Of a DNA stretch of 64,000 bases, positions 39,515-55,844 are shown piece after piece (positions within the stretch are counted from its first letter, which is position 1; every line of letters begins with the position of its first letter). Under the pieces are notes generated by a model. That model had not been told where the DNA came from. It saw nothing but the letters and a program-made list of their open reading frames with translations, and ran no database searches. The position numbers and the translations under genes are program-made. This stretch comes from Eledone cirrhosa. Lineage: Eukaryota. The stretch spans positions 80,724,001 through 80,788,000 of the forward strand of contig OZ024742.1 of the NCBI GenBank assembly GCA_964016885.1, given 5' to 3'.

Positions 39515-41415
39515 ATAACCAGATACAATTCACACCTCCATTCTTTCAAAAAACACAGTCTAGCCAACTGCACTTCACTATCTAGCTACATACACTATCT
39601 AAAAACTAGAAACAGATCTTATACACTTCAATGGGAAGTGATAGGTAAGGCAGCATCGTACAGACCACCTAATAAATTATGTAACCTCTGTATACTAGAG
39701 ACCCATACTATAATCTTCTCGGACCTTTACCTCCTTAATAAAATATCGTAGGTGTTTGCGTCGTGCCACATCCGCTTCCGGCACTCCTTCCAAAACTTTA
39801 AACCCAATATATAACAATGTCAGATTTGAACCCATCACCGCTTCTAACACCACACCTCAAGGGCACGCCTTACACCACAACACCACACTCTCTGATCCAC
39901 TCTATCTAGACAGAAATCATTCCATCTATCTATAACTTTATACCCTTATGAGATATCCCCATAAACACCTACTTTTCATATAATTACTTTCAATTACTTA
40001 TAATTATGTAGTGATATAATACCGTCTATATAAACTGTAAATACTAGATACGGCAGTGAATTATATATGCAATTGTAATTAAATGTATGGAGTAATAACA
40101 TTGGATATATATAGGATTAATTTATTAACATAAGGGATCTGTCTAACTTATATGTAGGGTGCTGCAATGAATTATATATGAATTATATATACATTTATAT
40201 ATGCAAGTATAACTTGATGGATAGATTAATGACATTGTAAATGAGGGATGTATTTGTCTGCCCCAGAGATATTTTGTTTTTGTCATGCAAACAGCCATAC
40301 GCTGCTCCATAACTTACCAGGGGTTATGTAGACAAAATTCTAATAGGTCATCTGATGTGTTTTGAGAGTAGAGTGTATTTACAGTGAACTTTGATATAAA
40401 GATATGGCACTGTGTATGGGAAATTCAATTGTAACACTATATAATAAGGAGTAATCAACTTACTATAGATACCTTTAGTACATTATGATAGAGTAGACTG
40501 TATTTATAATTGAGATCTAGATGTAAATATATAACGGTTTATATAAGGGACGCAATTGAGGAACCATATAATGTATGTTAGACCAATGAATTTAGTTATG
40601 AGAATCAGCTAGTTACCTCCCCTTACGCATTAACTCCCCTTAATTACACACATACTTCAGGGTAATAAACCACTGTTAATTCTCGCAACAGAAAGACCCT
40701 ATTCTATAACTATGGATTAAATAACACTGAGCCTCAATACACTACAATAATTTAATGCATCAAACATTCACTACGGCATCATCGTTACTTATGTGATGGA
40801 TGTAAAAACTATGCCTTAATTTTTCTGGTTGTGAAAATGGTGGTGGATACGAAAACTATTACTTTTTTTGCTTCTTCTTTTTTCTCTTTTTCTTTTTCTG
40901 CACACATACTTTTTTTATCTATACTAAAAATAACCTACCACTACAACCACCATAATACTCTTGCTTACCCGCTTAAAGTGCTTGCATTACATGTAACACC
41001 TGCCACACAATAATGGTATAACAATGAGACACACTCGCATGCTCCATGTGTAACTAACACATACACTACCTACTATCAAACTAACACATACACTACCTAC
41101 TATCAAACTTTCCTCCTGCATTATCTGTGTTATCTGCCGAATGTATTTTAATTTTAATTTTGATTTTGATTTTAATTTTGATTTTGATTTTGATCTTGAA
41201 TTTGAATTGCTGTACAAAAAGAGTATAGTGTAATATATGTCACTCCACTGTACATCAATATATATATATGTATCTGTATGTCTCTTGCGTCGGAAAGGAG
41301 GTCAATTATATGTGCAAACATTGAAAAATGCTCCGAAAAGCCAAGCCTAGGTGTGGATGAAACAATTGTAAGTGAATAAATGCTTTGAACATAGCTTTGA
41401 TTCTTGTGAATTCTA
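39515..41415 (+). mobile_element. 5'-truncated PLE: GIY-YIG C-terminus, long 3' UTR and vestigial HHR
   Basis: [40 protein letters not shown] tcact..GAAA-CAATTG-TA-agtga motif lies at 41240-41375. The right boundary is inferred. Confidence 0.7.
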
Positions 41416-41553
41416 TATATATATAAATAACATATATATAAAACAAAAAAAAATAATATATATATATATATACACAAACATACACATACATACATACATA
41501 TAAATGCACCCACAAACATACAAACACACACATATGTATACATATATACATAC

Positions 41554-41594
<41 letters not shown>

Positions 41595-41595
<1 letters not shown>

Positions 41596-42205
41596 TGGCT
41601 GCCAACTCGTTTTTGAGTACGGCCACTACTTTATATCCATGTAGGAGAACCCCTACCGATGGGCTGAACGAGTGTGGCCTTTTAGTCCAGCCAGCGACTT
41701 GAAAACTCTGGTACAAACACTACACTTGTGACAAGTATTGACACATAGTACTGGGCCAATGGTACCATGTGACGACAAGTGCAGAGAGATCTCCAGATAT
41801 AAAGCAATGCCTGTGCCGTGAAGCTTTTATAGTGAGCAAAGGCACTGCACAAAGCCAGTCCCACTCTCTTAACCAAGATGATATTTACCAAAAAGAATAA
41901 CAAGTCAACATCCTTGGATACCATCAGGGTTGCAGGTGTTATATCAGAGTTTTCCTTCTCCTAGAATTCTCCCTTGACAAAGGCTAAGGGGTCATCTCTC
42001 CCGGTGATTTTGGATTGCCATTGATGGTTAAGAGCTCCTTTGCCATTTGACAGGTTTTGTTTTTAGTCCTGCAGGATGTCCAAAGTCACCCTCCTCACCA
42101 AGAAACCTTGGTGGGGTTGCCAGTTTAGTCGCCAACGACCCGACCATGAGACAGGTCGTACTGGCATACATGTTACCAGTAGCACCAACTGGTGACCTGA
42201 CATGT
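41595..42205 (-). mobile_element. Probable RTE-type LINE 5' UTR fragment
   Basis: Contains cagagttttccttctcctag..aaggctaa and is homologous to 7545-7672. The family call rests on resemblance only. Confidence 0.45.
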
Positions 42206-42231
42206 GTATGTATATATATATATATATACAT

Positions 42232-43806
<1,575 letters not shown>

Positions 43807-44580
43807 TACATACACATACATACACATATAGGCATATACATATAAACGCACGTAAATACAAACATACGCATACATACGTACAGTGACTCAAACAAATTCG
43901 TACATACATACATTCATAAAAATACACATACACACAGCCGCACATATACAGTATAAAGATGAAGTACGCTCTACATGCGTAAAGAACAGATAGCTAAGAA
44001 GTTCTTAAATGACTATAGTGCCGTGTTTCGGGTCCAGAGGTGGTAGGAGTAGAGTTGTAAGGAGGTGGAGGAGTACTTTGTCGAGTGTTTTTTTTTTTTT
44101 AAAGGGAAGTCTTTTTTAGCTATCTGGCACTAACACTGGCTTAAGGTATTTGCAAGTTGCTATATATATTAAGAGAAACTTGCAATATATATTAAGGGAA
44201 ACTTCACCATAGGGGGTTCATCCCAACACTTGAATCTGTTGATGGAACCTTTTCTGCCTTTGTCACCCTCATTTTCGACTTAAAGTATTAGCTTCTAAAG
44301 AATTCCCCTTTCTTTAAACTATTGAACCCAACCCGTTCTGTAGACACCTGTCTTGCGGGCATTGTTAGTCTAAGTGATAAACAAGGATTGGTATTCCAAT
44401 ACTGAACTTGTTTACAGTATTCTTTCTACATTTGTTGATATTATAGCTTTAAATAATTAGCTTTTAATGAATCCCCTTTCTTTAAATCCTTCAACCAATG
44501 ACCTACACCCATCCCTATCTCCACCCTCTCCTACCACCAGATAAGGAAATACATAAATACTGCCAATTACTTGAACACCC

Positions 44581-44631
44581 AGCTTCCTGGTGATTTCTCA
44601 AGAATGAAACAGTTCTAGTCATGTAGAAGCT
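44581..44631 (+). ncRNA. Hammerhead motif with one core substitution (CTGGTGA)
   Basis: AGCTTC-CTGGTGA-tttctcaagaat-GAAA-c..g-TA-GAAGCT, followed by (TA)n. A homolog lies at 19058. Confidence 0.55.
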
Positions 44632-44759
44632 CTTCTATATTAAAACTACATATATATATATATTCCACTCCCTATCCTCTTCCTTTTCCCCTTCGCCTAC
44701 CTCGAGGCAGCCCATCGGGCTTTTGTAGCCTCAGTACCCCTACCCCAGTAAAATATATA

Positions 44760-45479
44760 TAGCGTTCGCCGAAAACGCAATACGAACTGATTATAGCAGT
44801 GGTTTAAGAACCTAGAGAGGTGTTATTACTTTTTACTATCCAATTCTATAATTGTATATGTTTTTTATTTATTTAGTATCTTTAAATCTCAATTTATTAA
44901 CCTATCATTGGCCGAAAATGCAATACCAACTAAATATAGCAGCTATTTTAGACTCTAGAGATTTTTTATTACCATCCAATTTGATATTTGTATATATTTT
45001 TTTATTTGTTTATTATCCTCTAATCTCATTTTATTAACCTATTCTGTCACGTCCCCTCTCTATTTTCGCCAGAATCCCTTTTCGCCTGCTTCCTATCTAG
45101 CCTATTTTCATACAAAATCCTTAGATTTTGCTGTATAGAATTCACTTTCAACGCTTGACCGGCTCCACCCACTCCCTCATTGTTCTACACGCAAGTTCAG
45201 CCACCCACTGCCATGAAAGATTTAATTGTGTTTACAAGAAATGTTGACCAATCCTCTTGACAACTACAATCTTCCCATATAAGGAATTACCCCTGTGAAA
45301 AGTTCGGGTATTTATTTACCACGCTAAAAATTCTAATTTAGTCCTGAAATAGCCGTCGAAACGGCTCGACATCTGCCGTCGGGGTCTAACATTTTCCTAT
45401 TATCCACTCTACTACCATAAGTATTGAGTACTCTGGTGCGTTATGGTCCATTTCATTCCTTACCACACTTCCTTCGTTA
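44760..45479 (+). mobile_element. PLE 3' UTR and pLTR fragment (relative of the 42336 family) with HHR at 45289-45385
   Basis: Ends ccacacttccttcgtta|(TA)n like 42336. The HHR reads ACCCC-T(g)TGAAAA..GAAA-CGGC..GCCG-TC-GGGGT. Confidence 0.7.
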
Positions 45480-45519
45480 TATATATATATATATATATAT
45501 CTAAGGCGGGTAAAATTCC

Positions 45520-45633
<114 letters not shown>

Positions 45634-45879
45634 AGAGATATATATATATACACATATGCGCAGATTACACAGGGCTGTGACTGCTATAATAACCAAAGAT
45701 TCCACCTATGAACAGTCGGACATCTAAGTCGTCCACTATTCTAAATGTTGTATAAACATCATAGTTAAGTAGCAGTAAAAGGGAAATGGAGTTTAATGAG
45801 TAAAGCGAAGTCTAGAACGCGGAGAAAAGTTATTTCTCAACGAAGTTGTAAGATCAGAATAGTTTTCGAACTAATACTA

Positions 45880-46048
45880 AAATAATTGTTTCTCCTTTTG
45901 GCACAAGGCCAGCAATTATCCAAGTGAATTACTGGTACCCTATTTTATCGATCCCGTAAGGAAAGTTAACCAGGCAGGATTTGATCTCAGACAGTAACTT
46001 TATGCTGCAAAGCAAGGCATCTGACTCTCTACTTTATACTGCCTACTA
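45880..46048 (-). mobile_element. SINE family A
   Basis: Reverse-complement match to 22429-22610. Confidence 0.8.
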
Positions 46049-47501
46049 AAATAATGAATCCTTGTTTGGAAGAAGGAATGGATTATCCTTTAAGTATTAG
46101 GTAAAGATCACATAATATTCAATAAAGCACAGGCAGTATATATGTAAAAACACTTGTTTCATGGGTTTCAGTCCGACATGAACACAGTTTAATAATCTAA
46201 GATAATCAATATATTGCCTTGCTGTTTTTATGACACTAACGCATTTTACTTATGTCCAGAAAGCAAATAAACTACAGCAATTCATTTAAATCTCTATCGA
46301 ACATTTTCGGATTTTACCATGGTAATTAATCCAGGCTTATAATATCTACACTCCTCGACAGTGAAATTAGTGCAGGGTAATACTGATTGTACGTTATGGT
46401 AAAATTTTGAGAGATAACAGAATTAAAACGTATCACATCTTTCCATGATCACGAATCACATTATTCAGCAGTTTCGTCTATACATTTTCACCTTAGAAAT
46501 TGTTGGCTTTTATTGGCATTTTATATTACAAACAGAATGCACGAAATTGACGCTTATTTGATGTATAAAAAGTCAAAGATTGCAACTTCTAATTTTATTC
46601 AATAAAATACTGTTTTCTAACTATTTTTTAGCGTGTTATACTTCACGGAGCAAGGGTCTGAAATCTAATTCTCTTTTATAATGGAATCATTGATGCAAAT
46701 ATTCTATGCGGAAATACACGAGAGAGGGATTTCATCAAATATCCCAAATTCATTTTATATAATAAACTTCATTGAGAAGGTTATATCCCTAAACAATGCC
46801 CTGGACTTCTCTCTTTTATTCGATTAGATAATTAGTTTCTTACTCAGCAATATCATTTGTCTATCAAGCTTCTTTTGTTGGTTAACTCTATACACTCTTT
46901 ACTGATTTTTTTCTCACAGATATTCATTCATCTATGTCTACAGTAGAAATACTTTCAAATATTCTGATATTTTCTCTTCTGTCGTAATATGTGGACTGTG
47001 CGTATGCGCACATACCGACGAGGGTTTGCTGAAGCGTTCACACACTCACTATGGACGAGTGGAACTACAGCAGTGAACTATTGCATGCATTCATTTCTAC
47101 TCTTCTTATAAATAACTGCAGGGACTATGTTGAAAAATACACCTCATTTGGTCATATTATGCGATTGTCTTGGTCAGCTTATACACTTTTCAGCCTAAGA
47201 ACTTTTCAGTCACACCTCGTATATGTCTCACTATAACGCTTGCTAGGAGTAACCGTACATGAGAAAAATATGTTATTGGGTTATAGGGGGGGATAGATAA
47301 ATGTATGTAATAGCCGCTTCAGATTTATTTTACAGCATATTGTATGTTCTACGATTCACAATTCCTTTCTAACATTTATATATTTCTTGAGAAATTATAC
47401 ATTATATATCCACATTCAGATTATTTGGAAATAGCAGCCATATGATCGTATGTATTTGTAAAGCTTCTACTATGTTAATACGTTTCACGAAGACTACAGC
47501 A

Positions 47502-47692
47502 CGGCCATGAATTGGCAGTATCGGTAGATGGTTGGACGCCGTGCTTTCTAGCATATTTACGTCCCTTTACGGTCTGAGTTCAAATCCAGCCAAGGTAAAC
47601 TTTGCCTTTCATCCTTACGGGATCGATAAAATAAAATACCAGTAATGTACTGGGTAATTGCTGTCCTTGTGCCTAATGTAGAAACAATTAAA
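47502..47692 (+). mobile_element. SINE family A
   Basis: Full-length match to 22429-22610. Confidence 0.85.
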
Positions 47693-47829
47693 TTATTATA
47701 TACTCTCGACATTAAACGTCATTAATTATGAATTGTTAGTTATAGTTACTGGAATTTTACTGACTTTAAAATGCGAGTCTGGTAACGCAAAATACAAAAT
47801 GTATGTTCTACGATTCAGGTAAATATAAT

Positions 47830-48018
47830 TATTTCTACTTTTAGCACAGGGCCAACAATTATCCCAGTGTATTACTGTTTACTTTATTTTATCACCCCCG
47901 TAAGGATGAAAGGCAAAGTTAACCTTGCCGGGATTTGAAATCAGACCGTAAAGGGCTGTACCTCTATGCTGCAAAGCATGGCGTCCGAGACTCTACTGAT
48001 ATGCCAATCCACCGCCCT
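47830..48018 (-). mobile_element. SINE family A with 13-bp TSD
   Basis: Reverse-complement match. AGGTAAATATAAT occurs at 47817-47829 and 48048-48060. Confidence 0.85.
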
Positions 48019-49184
48019 TTAGTATTGTTAAGTATTATATTTACAGTAGGTAAATATAATACTTAACAGAAATATTTAAAAAAAGATGAAGAAAATCTAC
48101 CGATGTGGACGTAATCTGTGTGAATAGACGGGATTTGAATAGCAGTAGATAATCCATAGTAAAAAAGGCTTCAAAAAATGAAAAAAAGTTTAATGTATGA
48201 GGATGGAGAAATTTGCAAGACCGGAAAAGGAATGGAATAATTGAAGTCTTACACATGCGTATTGAAGTAAAATTTGAAATTTGGTAATTATCATTAAATA
48301 AAAGACAACATATAAAGAAATGTTTCATTCTAATAAGGTCATCATATTTCATTTTAGTAAAGAAAAAATATTATCTATTAAATAACATCAATATATGTCT
48401 GGCTATATTTTTCATTAAATAATTCAAGGAATGAAGGCTGGGGGGATTTCTTGTTAATGTCCAATAAAGAGGAAAGTACATGTTACGAAATGCGCAATCG
48501 AACAGAATGAAGGCACGTTGCGCTAGCAGATGTCATTTGATGCAATGGGTATAAGTTAATGTGTGGTATAGTTACTGTGGATGATGTATCGTAGTCATTA
48601 AATTTTTGATTTAATAGCAGTGTTTTAAAATATTTTAATATTTCTTGGCAATGTAAATGCATCATGTTTGGTAATAGCAGGTGGGAGTAACAATATAAAG
48701 ATAGAGAATACATGAAACATATAAAATATGATGTATAAACTTCACTGAAAAATACATTTAAACCATGGCATCAATGTTCTACAATATGCTCAAATTCCTA
48801 TCTCAGAAGCTATTTTATTGTAAATAGAAATGTTCACATACATTAATATGATTGCTCAATTTTAAATGCACCGAACCAACCATTGCACTGGAATAATAAA
48901 AATAAAACTGAAGATTTCTTTATAATAATATAAATATCATATTTCAACCACTCGTGTTCTCGAAATCTATACGAAAACAGAAATTCTTTTCATTTTTTTT
49001 GTATCACGTCATCTCAGAATCGTTTTCAAAATAATCGACTGAAGAATATTTTTGAATACCCTAGAACCATAAATTTTAAATTTGTAAACAAATCGGATAT
49101 ATAGCAATATATTAAATACGAGGCACATAAGTATTAAAGACGAAATAAAGAGTATAACCAAATAACATTTCTGATTTAGGCACA

Positions 49185-49350
49185 AAGGGAACATTATTTT
49201 GTGAGGTGACAAGTTGATCAAACTGATCCCAGCGGTTTACTAGTTCAATATATTATCTACTCTGTAAGGATGAAATGGAAAGTGAACGAAACTATATCCC
49301 ACAAATCATATTGTCTGTCGCTCTACCGATAATGCAAATCCACCGGCAAG
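49185..49350 (-). mobile_element. Decayed SINE family A
   Basis: ttaggcacaa..gtaaggatgaaatggaaagt..ctctaccgataatgc. Confidence 0.55.
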
Positions 49351-50887
49351 TAATAATATCAAATAAGACACATATGTGCACAATATGATATGGAATATGA
49401 AAATAAATGTTAGTAAGTTCAATATGAAATATTTTAGTGGACACTATTATATGCAACTTATATCAATGAAGTTTCACATATAAGCACCTTGTGGATGTAA
49501 GTACTGAGGCAGCTGAAATGTATTAATGAAATAGAAAACATTTGTATGTTTTTGTCATTCATATCTTAGATGTAGCTAAATGTATTCCATATCAGAAATA
49601 GTATATGAATAGTATAATATCAATCACTCTGTCGATCAATGCCATCTGAACATTCTATGAAAGTTATTACATATGTTTTTATGTGTATGTGCTTGATGTT
49701 TTTGTGAGTGCTTTTATATATGTATGTGTATTCGTACGAGCGTGTGTGTGTGTATGAGACATTTGGCTGTCGATTCGATTTTGAGTGGTACCTCTTTGTT
49801 ATTGCAATCATTTCCCTAAAACTGCTCTGATTGCACTTTTGGTGTTGTACCTGAGATCACATTGTACCTACCACGCTTCTATAATAAATGTGGTACTAAT
49901 TAATTAGATTGAATTCATGGGATTGTGTTTAGTATAAGCTTTTGAACATACATTACACCTGTTCTCTATTGGGGTTTGTTTCATAATTACTTGTTGACAT
50001 CTTGCTTATCAAATTCGGCAATATGACCCCTGAGAGCTGGACGGTTAACTAGATTGTGCTTTTCTGAAAGGTGAGTTGGCCTCGACGGTTATGTACACAA
50101 TCAAACGTGATCAGAAGGGTGATTAACTTCCAAGCATATATCTCGCATTTATCGTCTCACTCCCCTCATGTGATAACTAATGCGTGAGGAATCTCCTTTT
50201 AAAATTGATATAATATTTCTGCCAGCGCACATGCAATAAGCACTGGCCAATGTGTTGTGCGAAGCTTCAAATCCGGCGAGGTTGTGCTAAACATGATTGT
50301 ATATTTGCTAAGCATTTACATTGTTTTCTTAAATTGCAGGCTGTTTTTCCTGGCTATAGTCAACTGTAAACCAATATTACCCATATAATACCCTCTCGTA
50401 ATTGAGCTGATCTTTAGAGATTATTATTTGAGTGAATCACAGCAACTCTTCTTTTTGTGGGGTGGTTGCTAGGAGTTGGAGAGCTTTAAATATTTCACAA
50501 TAAAGCAATTTTTCGGAAGCCTGAAATCATCAAGACTGATATGAGGCCCAAAGCCTGGTATGTAATACAGGCCGAGGTTATTTACATTCTGGCAATATTG
50601 TGTCGGAAACTATGATTCAAAAGTAAAGTTTAATATAGTCTCCTGATGAATTTTCTCGAGGATGTGATGTCCATATCTCAGTGGAAAACATGACGGTTTG
50701 TCATACACGAAATACTTGATGAAAAATTTCAAGGCAGTCTCTGACCAGGTTATTTTTTCGCATTTCCTATATGCAAATGAGCATGTTAAAGCAAAATCTT
50801 TATTGAATCTAGTTTATTCTAATTTCCGTACAGGTCGAGTAGTTGTCACATACAGATTAATATATATAGATATATATATATATATAA

Positions 50888-51240
50888 TGGTTGAACACTG
50901 GAAAGTAATATCCGTAGTGGTAGAGCACTCAGTCCAAGGGACGAGTGAGGTAGAAGTGGTTACACAACAGTTAGTTCACCATACCGAGAACAATTGTTTC
51001 ACCTTAGCGGATTTTCAGCTCGGGATGGGCATGGTTATAGGAACAGGAAGGACAATCGTACGAACGTGCATGCGCAGAAACCCGGTCACTTCACACACGA
51101 ACGCCCATGCGACTCTCATATGGGCGTTCGTACAGCTGTCCTTCCTGTTCCTATAACCATGCCAATCCCGAGCTGAAGATCCGCTAAGGTGAAACAATCG
51201 TTCTCGGTATGGTCAACTAACTGATGTGTAACCACTTCTA
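50888..51240. mobile_element. Inverted pLTR pair with compact HHRs, between (TA)n arrays
   Basis: 50951-51070 is the approximate reverse complement of 51120-51240. CGAG-CTGAAGA-tccgctaaggt-GAAA-CAATCG-TT-CTCG lies at 51169-51206, with copies at 50985-51022(-) and 58433-58470(-). Confidence 0.8.
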
Positions 51241-51252
51241 AATATATATATA

Positions 51253-51430
51253 TAACGAAGGAAGTGCGGTAAGGAACCAGGCAGACCATAACGCTCCAGA
51301 GTACTCGATACTTTGGGTAATAGAGTGGGTAATAGGAAAATATTGAGGACCCCGACGGCAGAGATCAAGCCGTTTCGACAGAAATAGCCGTCAAAACAGC
51401 TTGAGCTCTGACGTCGGGGTCCTGAACATT
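51253..51430. mobile_element. Tiny inverted insertion of the 42336-type PLE terminus in (TA)n
   Basis: Long arm 51253-51380 and short inverted arm 51381-51430. Confidence 0.75.
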
Positions 51431-51476
<46 letters not shown>

Positions 51477-51689
51477 TAAGGACCTTGACGCCACCAATAC
51501 ATCCACCACACCACCACAAACGCCGCTACCATAGACAACGGCACCACTACCACACCCCCACACACACGCCAAGGTCAACCCACCACCATCACACCACAGC
51601 CCATCTCATCCACCGACCGTCACCAACATCTCACCATCACACCAACCCCCATATAAACTACATAACAACTGATACAAAGCGCTTCAGGC

Positions 51690-52365
51690 TGATCATATCA
51701 CAGGAAATCTGACAATATTTAAGGGAGATCTAGATGATTTTCACGAAAGTTTCCTAATTTATGTGAGTGTTGACTTCATCGTCTTCATCGGAGACAAATA
51801 GATAATCCATGGACCTGCTCAAAAGAAGGCCAAGATTGTTTCATCGACAGGGGAAACGATTGCCTCATGTTTAGAGGGTACAACAAGGCATTGAGTTGAT
51901 TGAATATCTTCAAAGGGCCACACCGTCAATGAAATGTACTATATATGTAACTGAGTCTGTTAGGAAAGGCTTTCAAAAACAAACGCCCAGGAAAACTAAC
52001 GAAAGCCGTCTTGTTTCATCAGGAAAAATCTTCAAAACACAAGCTCTTGGTTCAATGGCTGCTGTTCGTGACCGGTTGATCCCCCTTTCTCTTCTCCTGA
52101 TTTGGCTCCATCTGACTATAATCTATCCTCAACATGAAACAAACTTCTTGACTAGAAACCAGTATACCAGTGGCGATGACGTCATATCTAGTGTTGATGA
52201 CTTTTTTCCAACTGGATGAAACCAACGCTCTTCGCCAATGGGATCCTGGCACTGCAACACCAATGTAAAATGTGCGTGAACCACAATGATGAAAAATAAA
52301 TATCAGTTGGTCACATTCCCTGAGAGTATCTTAGCCAGACTATGCACTTTTCAGCCGACACGCCT
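51690..52365 (+). mobile_element. Decayed mariner transposase
   Basis: Across frames: KKAKIVSSTGETIAS, GIELIEYLQ..GHTVN, PPFSSPDLAPSDYNL (YSPDLAP.D motif), GILALQHQCKMCV. Confidence 0.85.
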
Positions 52366-53092
52366 AGACAGATAGAATGTTAGATATATCTTTATACGTC
52401 TGTATACGTGCGTGAGTGTAGTTATTTCTGTGTGTGTCGAAGCCTTTGAACAAGCGAATATGTTTCTGTATACATAATAATAGATTTATAATAAAATTAC
52501 GGCTTTAATTTATGTGCAGACGTCATGCATAGAAAAATAATCCATAATCGGTATTTTGTTTTCTATTAGATACATATTAGTGACGTATATTTCTCTCCTT
52601 GATGTATGCAGTGCTGAAAGTAAGCACTTACAATACTCCCACGAAATCTAATTCATATATACCTAAATATATTTGTTTCATGTATGTGTAGTCTATATTT
52701 ACTGCTTTGAACAGATGTCCTATATTTATAGTTATTCGTCTCTCACTATTGTTTTTGGAATACAGATATAAAGTATATTCATCTCTGTGAGTTCAGCTTG
52801 AAGGGAAACTTAAAAAGTTTTTTTGTTTTTTTTATTCCACATAGTTTTGTGTATTTATATATGAACTATACATACAATGGAACCCCAGTTCACAAACACC
52901 TATACTGATGAGCAGATCTGTTCATTAACAACTTTTCAAAACATGAAATGTCTCGGTTCACGAATGTGTCTCAAATAACGAACACGTAGGCCGGCAAAAA
53001 TGCTTGGAGTAGCGGCGGGAAAGCATCATTTGGCGCTTACTTAGTTACTATGTTGATATCTATCTGTCTTTCAAACACAGTCTCTCTCTCTC

Positions 53093-53163
<71 letters not shown>

Positions 53164-53259
53164 ATTTCTCTGTCAATATGTCTCTGTGGGCTTACGAATA
53201 TTTCTGGTGACGAAAGGCCTTCGAGAATAAATAAAATTTGTGTTTCGAGGTTTCCTTGA

Positions 53260-53535
53260 GAAGACGAGAGTTTTCCCAGTACGGATTTTCATCTCATCAA
53301 TGCAGCACTTGGCATCAAACCTGTTAAGTGCAAGTCGCGAGATCATCTTCTGACGAGTTTACTAATAACATATCGTCTGTAAATTCCAGCCGATTCATTC
53401 TAAATTTGCTAGTCGTGATACTATTTCCAACCCCGCTTCCCGTGTCAGTAATGTTCATGAAAATAATGAAAACGAGAGGTGACAATACGTGCCATTGGCG
53501 GAGTCAAAACTGGCAATGGGCATGTGGAAGGTCCT
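53260..53535 (-). mobile_element. LINE (RTE-like) RT fragment
   Basis: Minus strand reads LRQWHVLSPLVFIIFM (QG..LSP motif) and LEFTDDMLLVNSSEDDL (FADD-like). Confidence 0.6.
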
Positions 53536-55844
53536 GTGAAGCGTGAGATGAACGCACACAGATAGACAGATTGTGATTATCGAGACAATCAAAAGGGTTC
53601 GAAAGGGAATAAACTTGTATAAATACACACACCCACACCCACACACCGACACCCACACCCACACATATATATATACATATATCTATAATGTGGGTGTGTT
53701 TGTGTGTGTGAGTATGTGTGCGTGTGTGTGTTTTTGTGTACCTGTTTTTTTTTATATAAACACCAGTTACTAAGCACTGACTATTTAGTACACCCCACAC
53801 ACTTTCATGCCAGAGATTCCAGTGATGACCATATGAATATATATATACAACGTATTTACTTCCACAAAACAATCTAAACACCACGCCATTCCTCGACCCA
53901 TGAGAGTAGGACCATTAACTAACATTAAGGATCCATACATCATCCACACTAACAACAACTCGAGACACAACTAAATGTAAAACACAGACCTATCTCCTCA
54001 ACTCCTCAGGACGACGAATTTACACGCACAACACACATGTACAAAATACGTAGATGCTATATAATTACAACAACATCCGCCCTCCCCATTACAACTCCGA
54101 TTTAACAACAGTATAAAGAATCTGAATTACATAATCGTCTGTGTATTCCCCGATAGCTAATACAATATCAACCCTTACCAGCTTACCAAACGACACGGCA
54201 CACGCACATAGTCACACCGAACTCACATATATGCACACACTCGCACACATTGCACCTTCATGCGATACACACATAAAGTATACGTATACGATTAAATGCT
54301 GTACGCAAACGCAGCCACTCCAGTACTCAATGCAAATACTACACACTAACACGAGAAACACAGTGAATAATACACTGTTACAACATCAGGATAACACCTT
54401 CACATCACACTCACCCATCTCAAACAATAATCATAACTTCGATTTATCCCCAATACAGAGTAACTAAATTACATTACTATCCGAGGATTTACCTCAAGTG
54501 GAACCAATTTTAATCTTATCCAACCATCTAACCGGCAATCACACAACACATACACCACATACATAGACAGGCAGAACACACACCCATATACCCCCCTCCC
54601 TATCCACACCCGCATCCGTATACACCCCCCACACACACACGCACACCAATAATTACAATTTAAAACGTAAACAGAACCATTCGACTAATCAGGAGAAACA
54701 GTACGCATACATCACACACGCCCGTAACAATTCAGACATCGAACATAGTTACATCTCCATCAGTAACAGTCACACCCTTAAAATACTCACATCACTTCTT
54801 CGATTTAGATATCACACAGTGAACCTTAAATTTCATCACCACCATTGTATCGTCATCATCATCCTATCGTCGTTGACATCGTCATCTTCATAATCATCAT
54901 CTTTATTATCATCTGCGGACATACATCTATTTTATCCAACACTCTAACGGACAATCACATAACTCACACATACAGACATACACACACGCGCAGACACGTA
55001 CACACATACATGCACTCGCACACACATACACCACAACTATACAATACACATAACTGATTATACCCTGAGACAATATAAAATCAAACTTCCAAAATTACTG
55101 GTGTTAATACACCCCCGATTCCGGGCGGCATACCCGCAAATACTACGTGTCGTTCGAATTCAGGTAAGCACAAAGCTATCCACCATAAAATAAAATACAC
55201 TGAAATGAATAACACAATGTGTTTCACACGCGTTATTACGTCAGGAAAACAGCCAAACATGAAAAAGAAAACAAACACTGAAACTATATATAGTGAACAA
55301 CATGTTTTTAATATCTACATACTCAGAAATATAGCGGTTGGCAAGTAAGAACTTCACATAACTCTAACTTCGGTTTCAATTATAATAAACTACAACATCC
55401 AAAAGATAGTAGAAAAGACAAGCCTAGTGACGAATATCAGATTTCCCCATGCAGTAGATGTAACTTCATGGTAGTCGTACGAAATGTATATGTTGTTGAA
55501 TAACAGCTTTTCAATTAAAGAATGTAGACACTTCAGATAAATGACCGGCTAAAATCTTCGAGAATTAGCTATGAATTTGTGTTGAATATATACATTCCCG
55601 CCATGTATACTGTGAAGCTTATTGGTTGTTGCAGTCCAAAGGATGTGTGAGGTGTTCATTAATGTTATCCTGTTACTATATGTCTTCTCTTTCAGGTTTG
55701 TCATGGGGCTAAAGTACAGCAATAGTAATAACAAACTATATGTCAATTGGATATCTCAATGAAGTACAACTTTTGAAATAAATGATTTGCTGAATATTAT
55801 TAGAAATACACAAATTAGTGTAAATAGTTAAATGTTTATGACGG

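Noticed and set aside
55215-55250. Minus-strand CTGACGT..GAAAcacattgtgTT hammerhead-like string
   Set aside because: The core has a mismatch and stem I does not pair.
55680-55760. Splice-acceptor-like tcttctctttcag|G
   Set aside because: There is no donor, recognisable coding frame or neighbouring exon. It would need RNA-seq.
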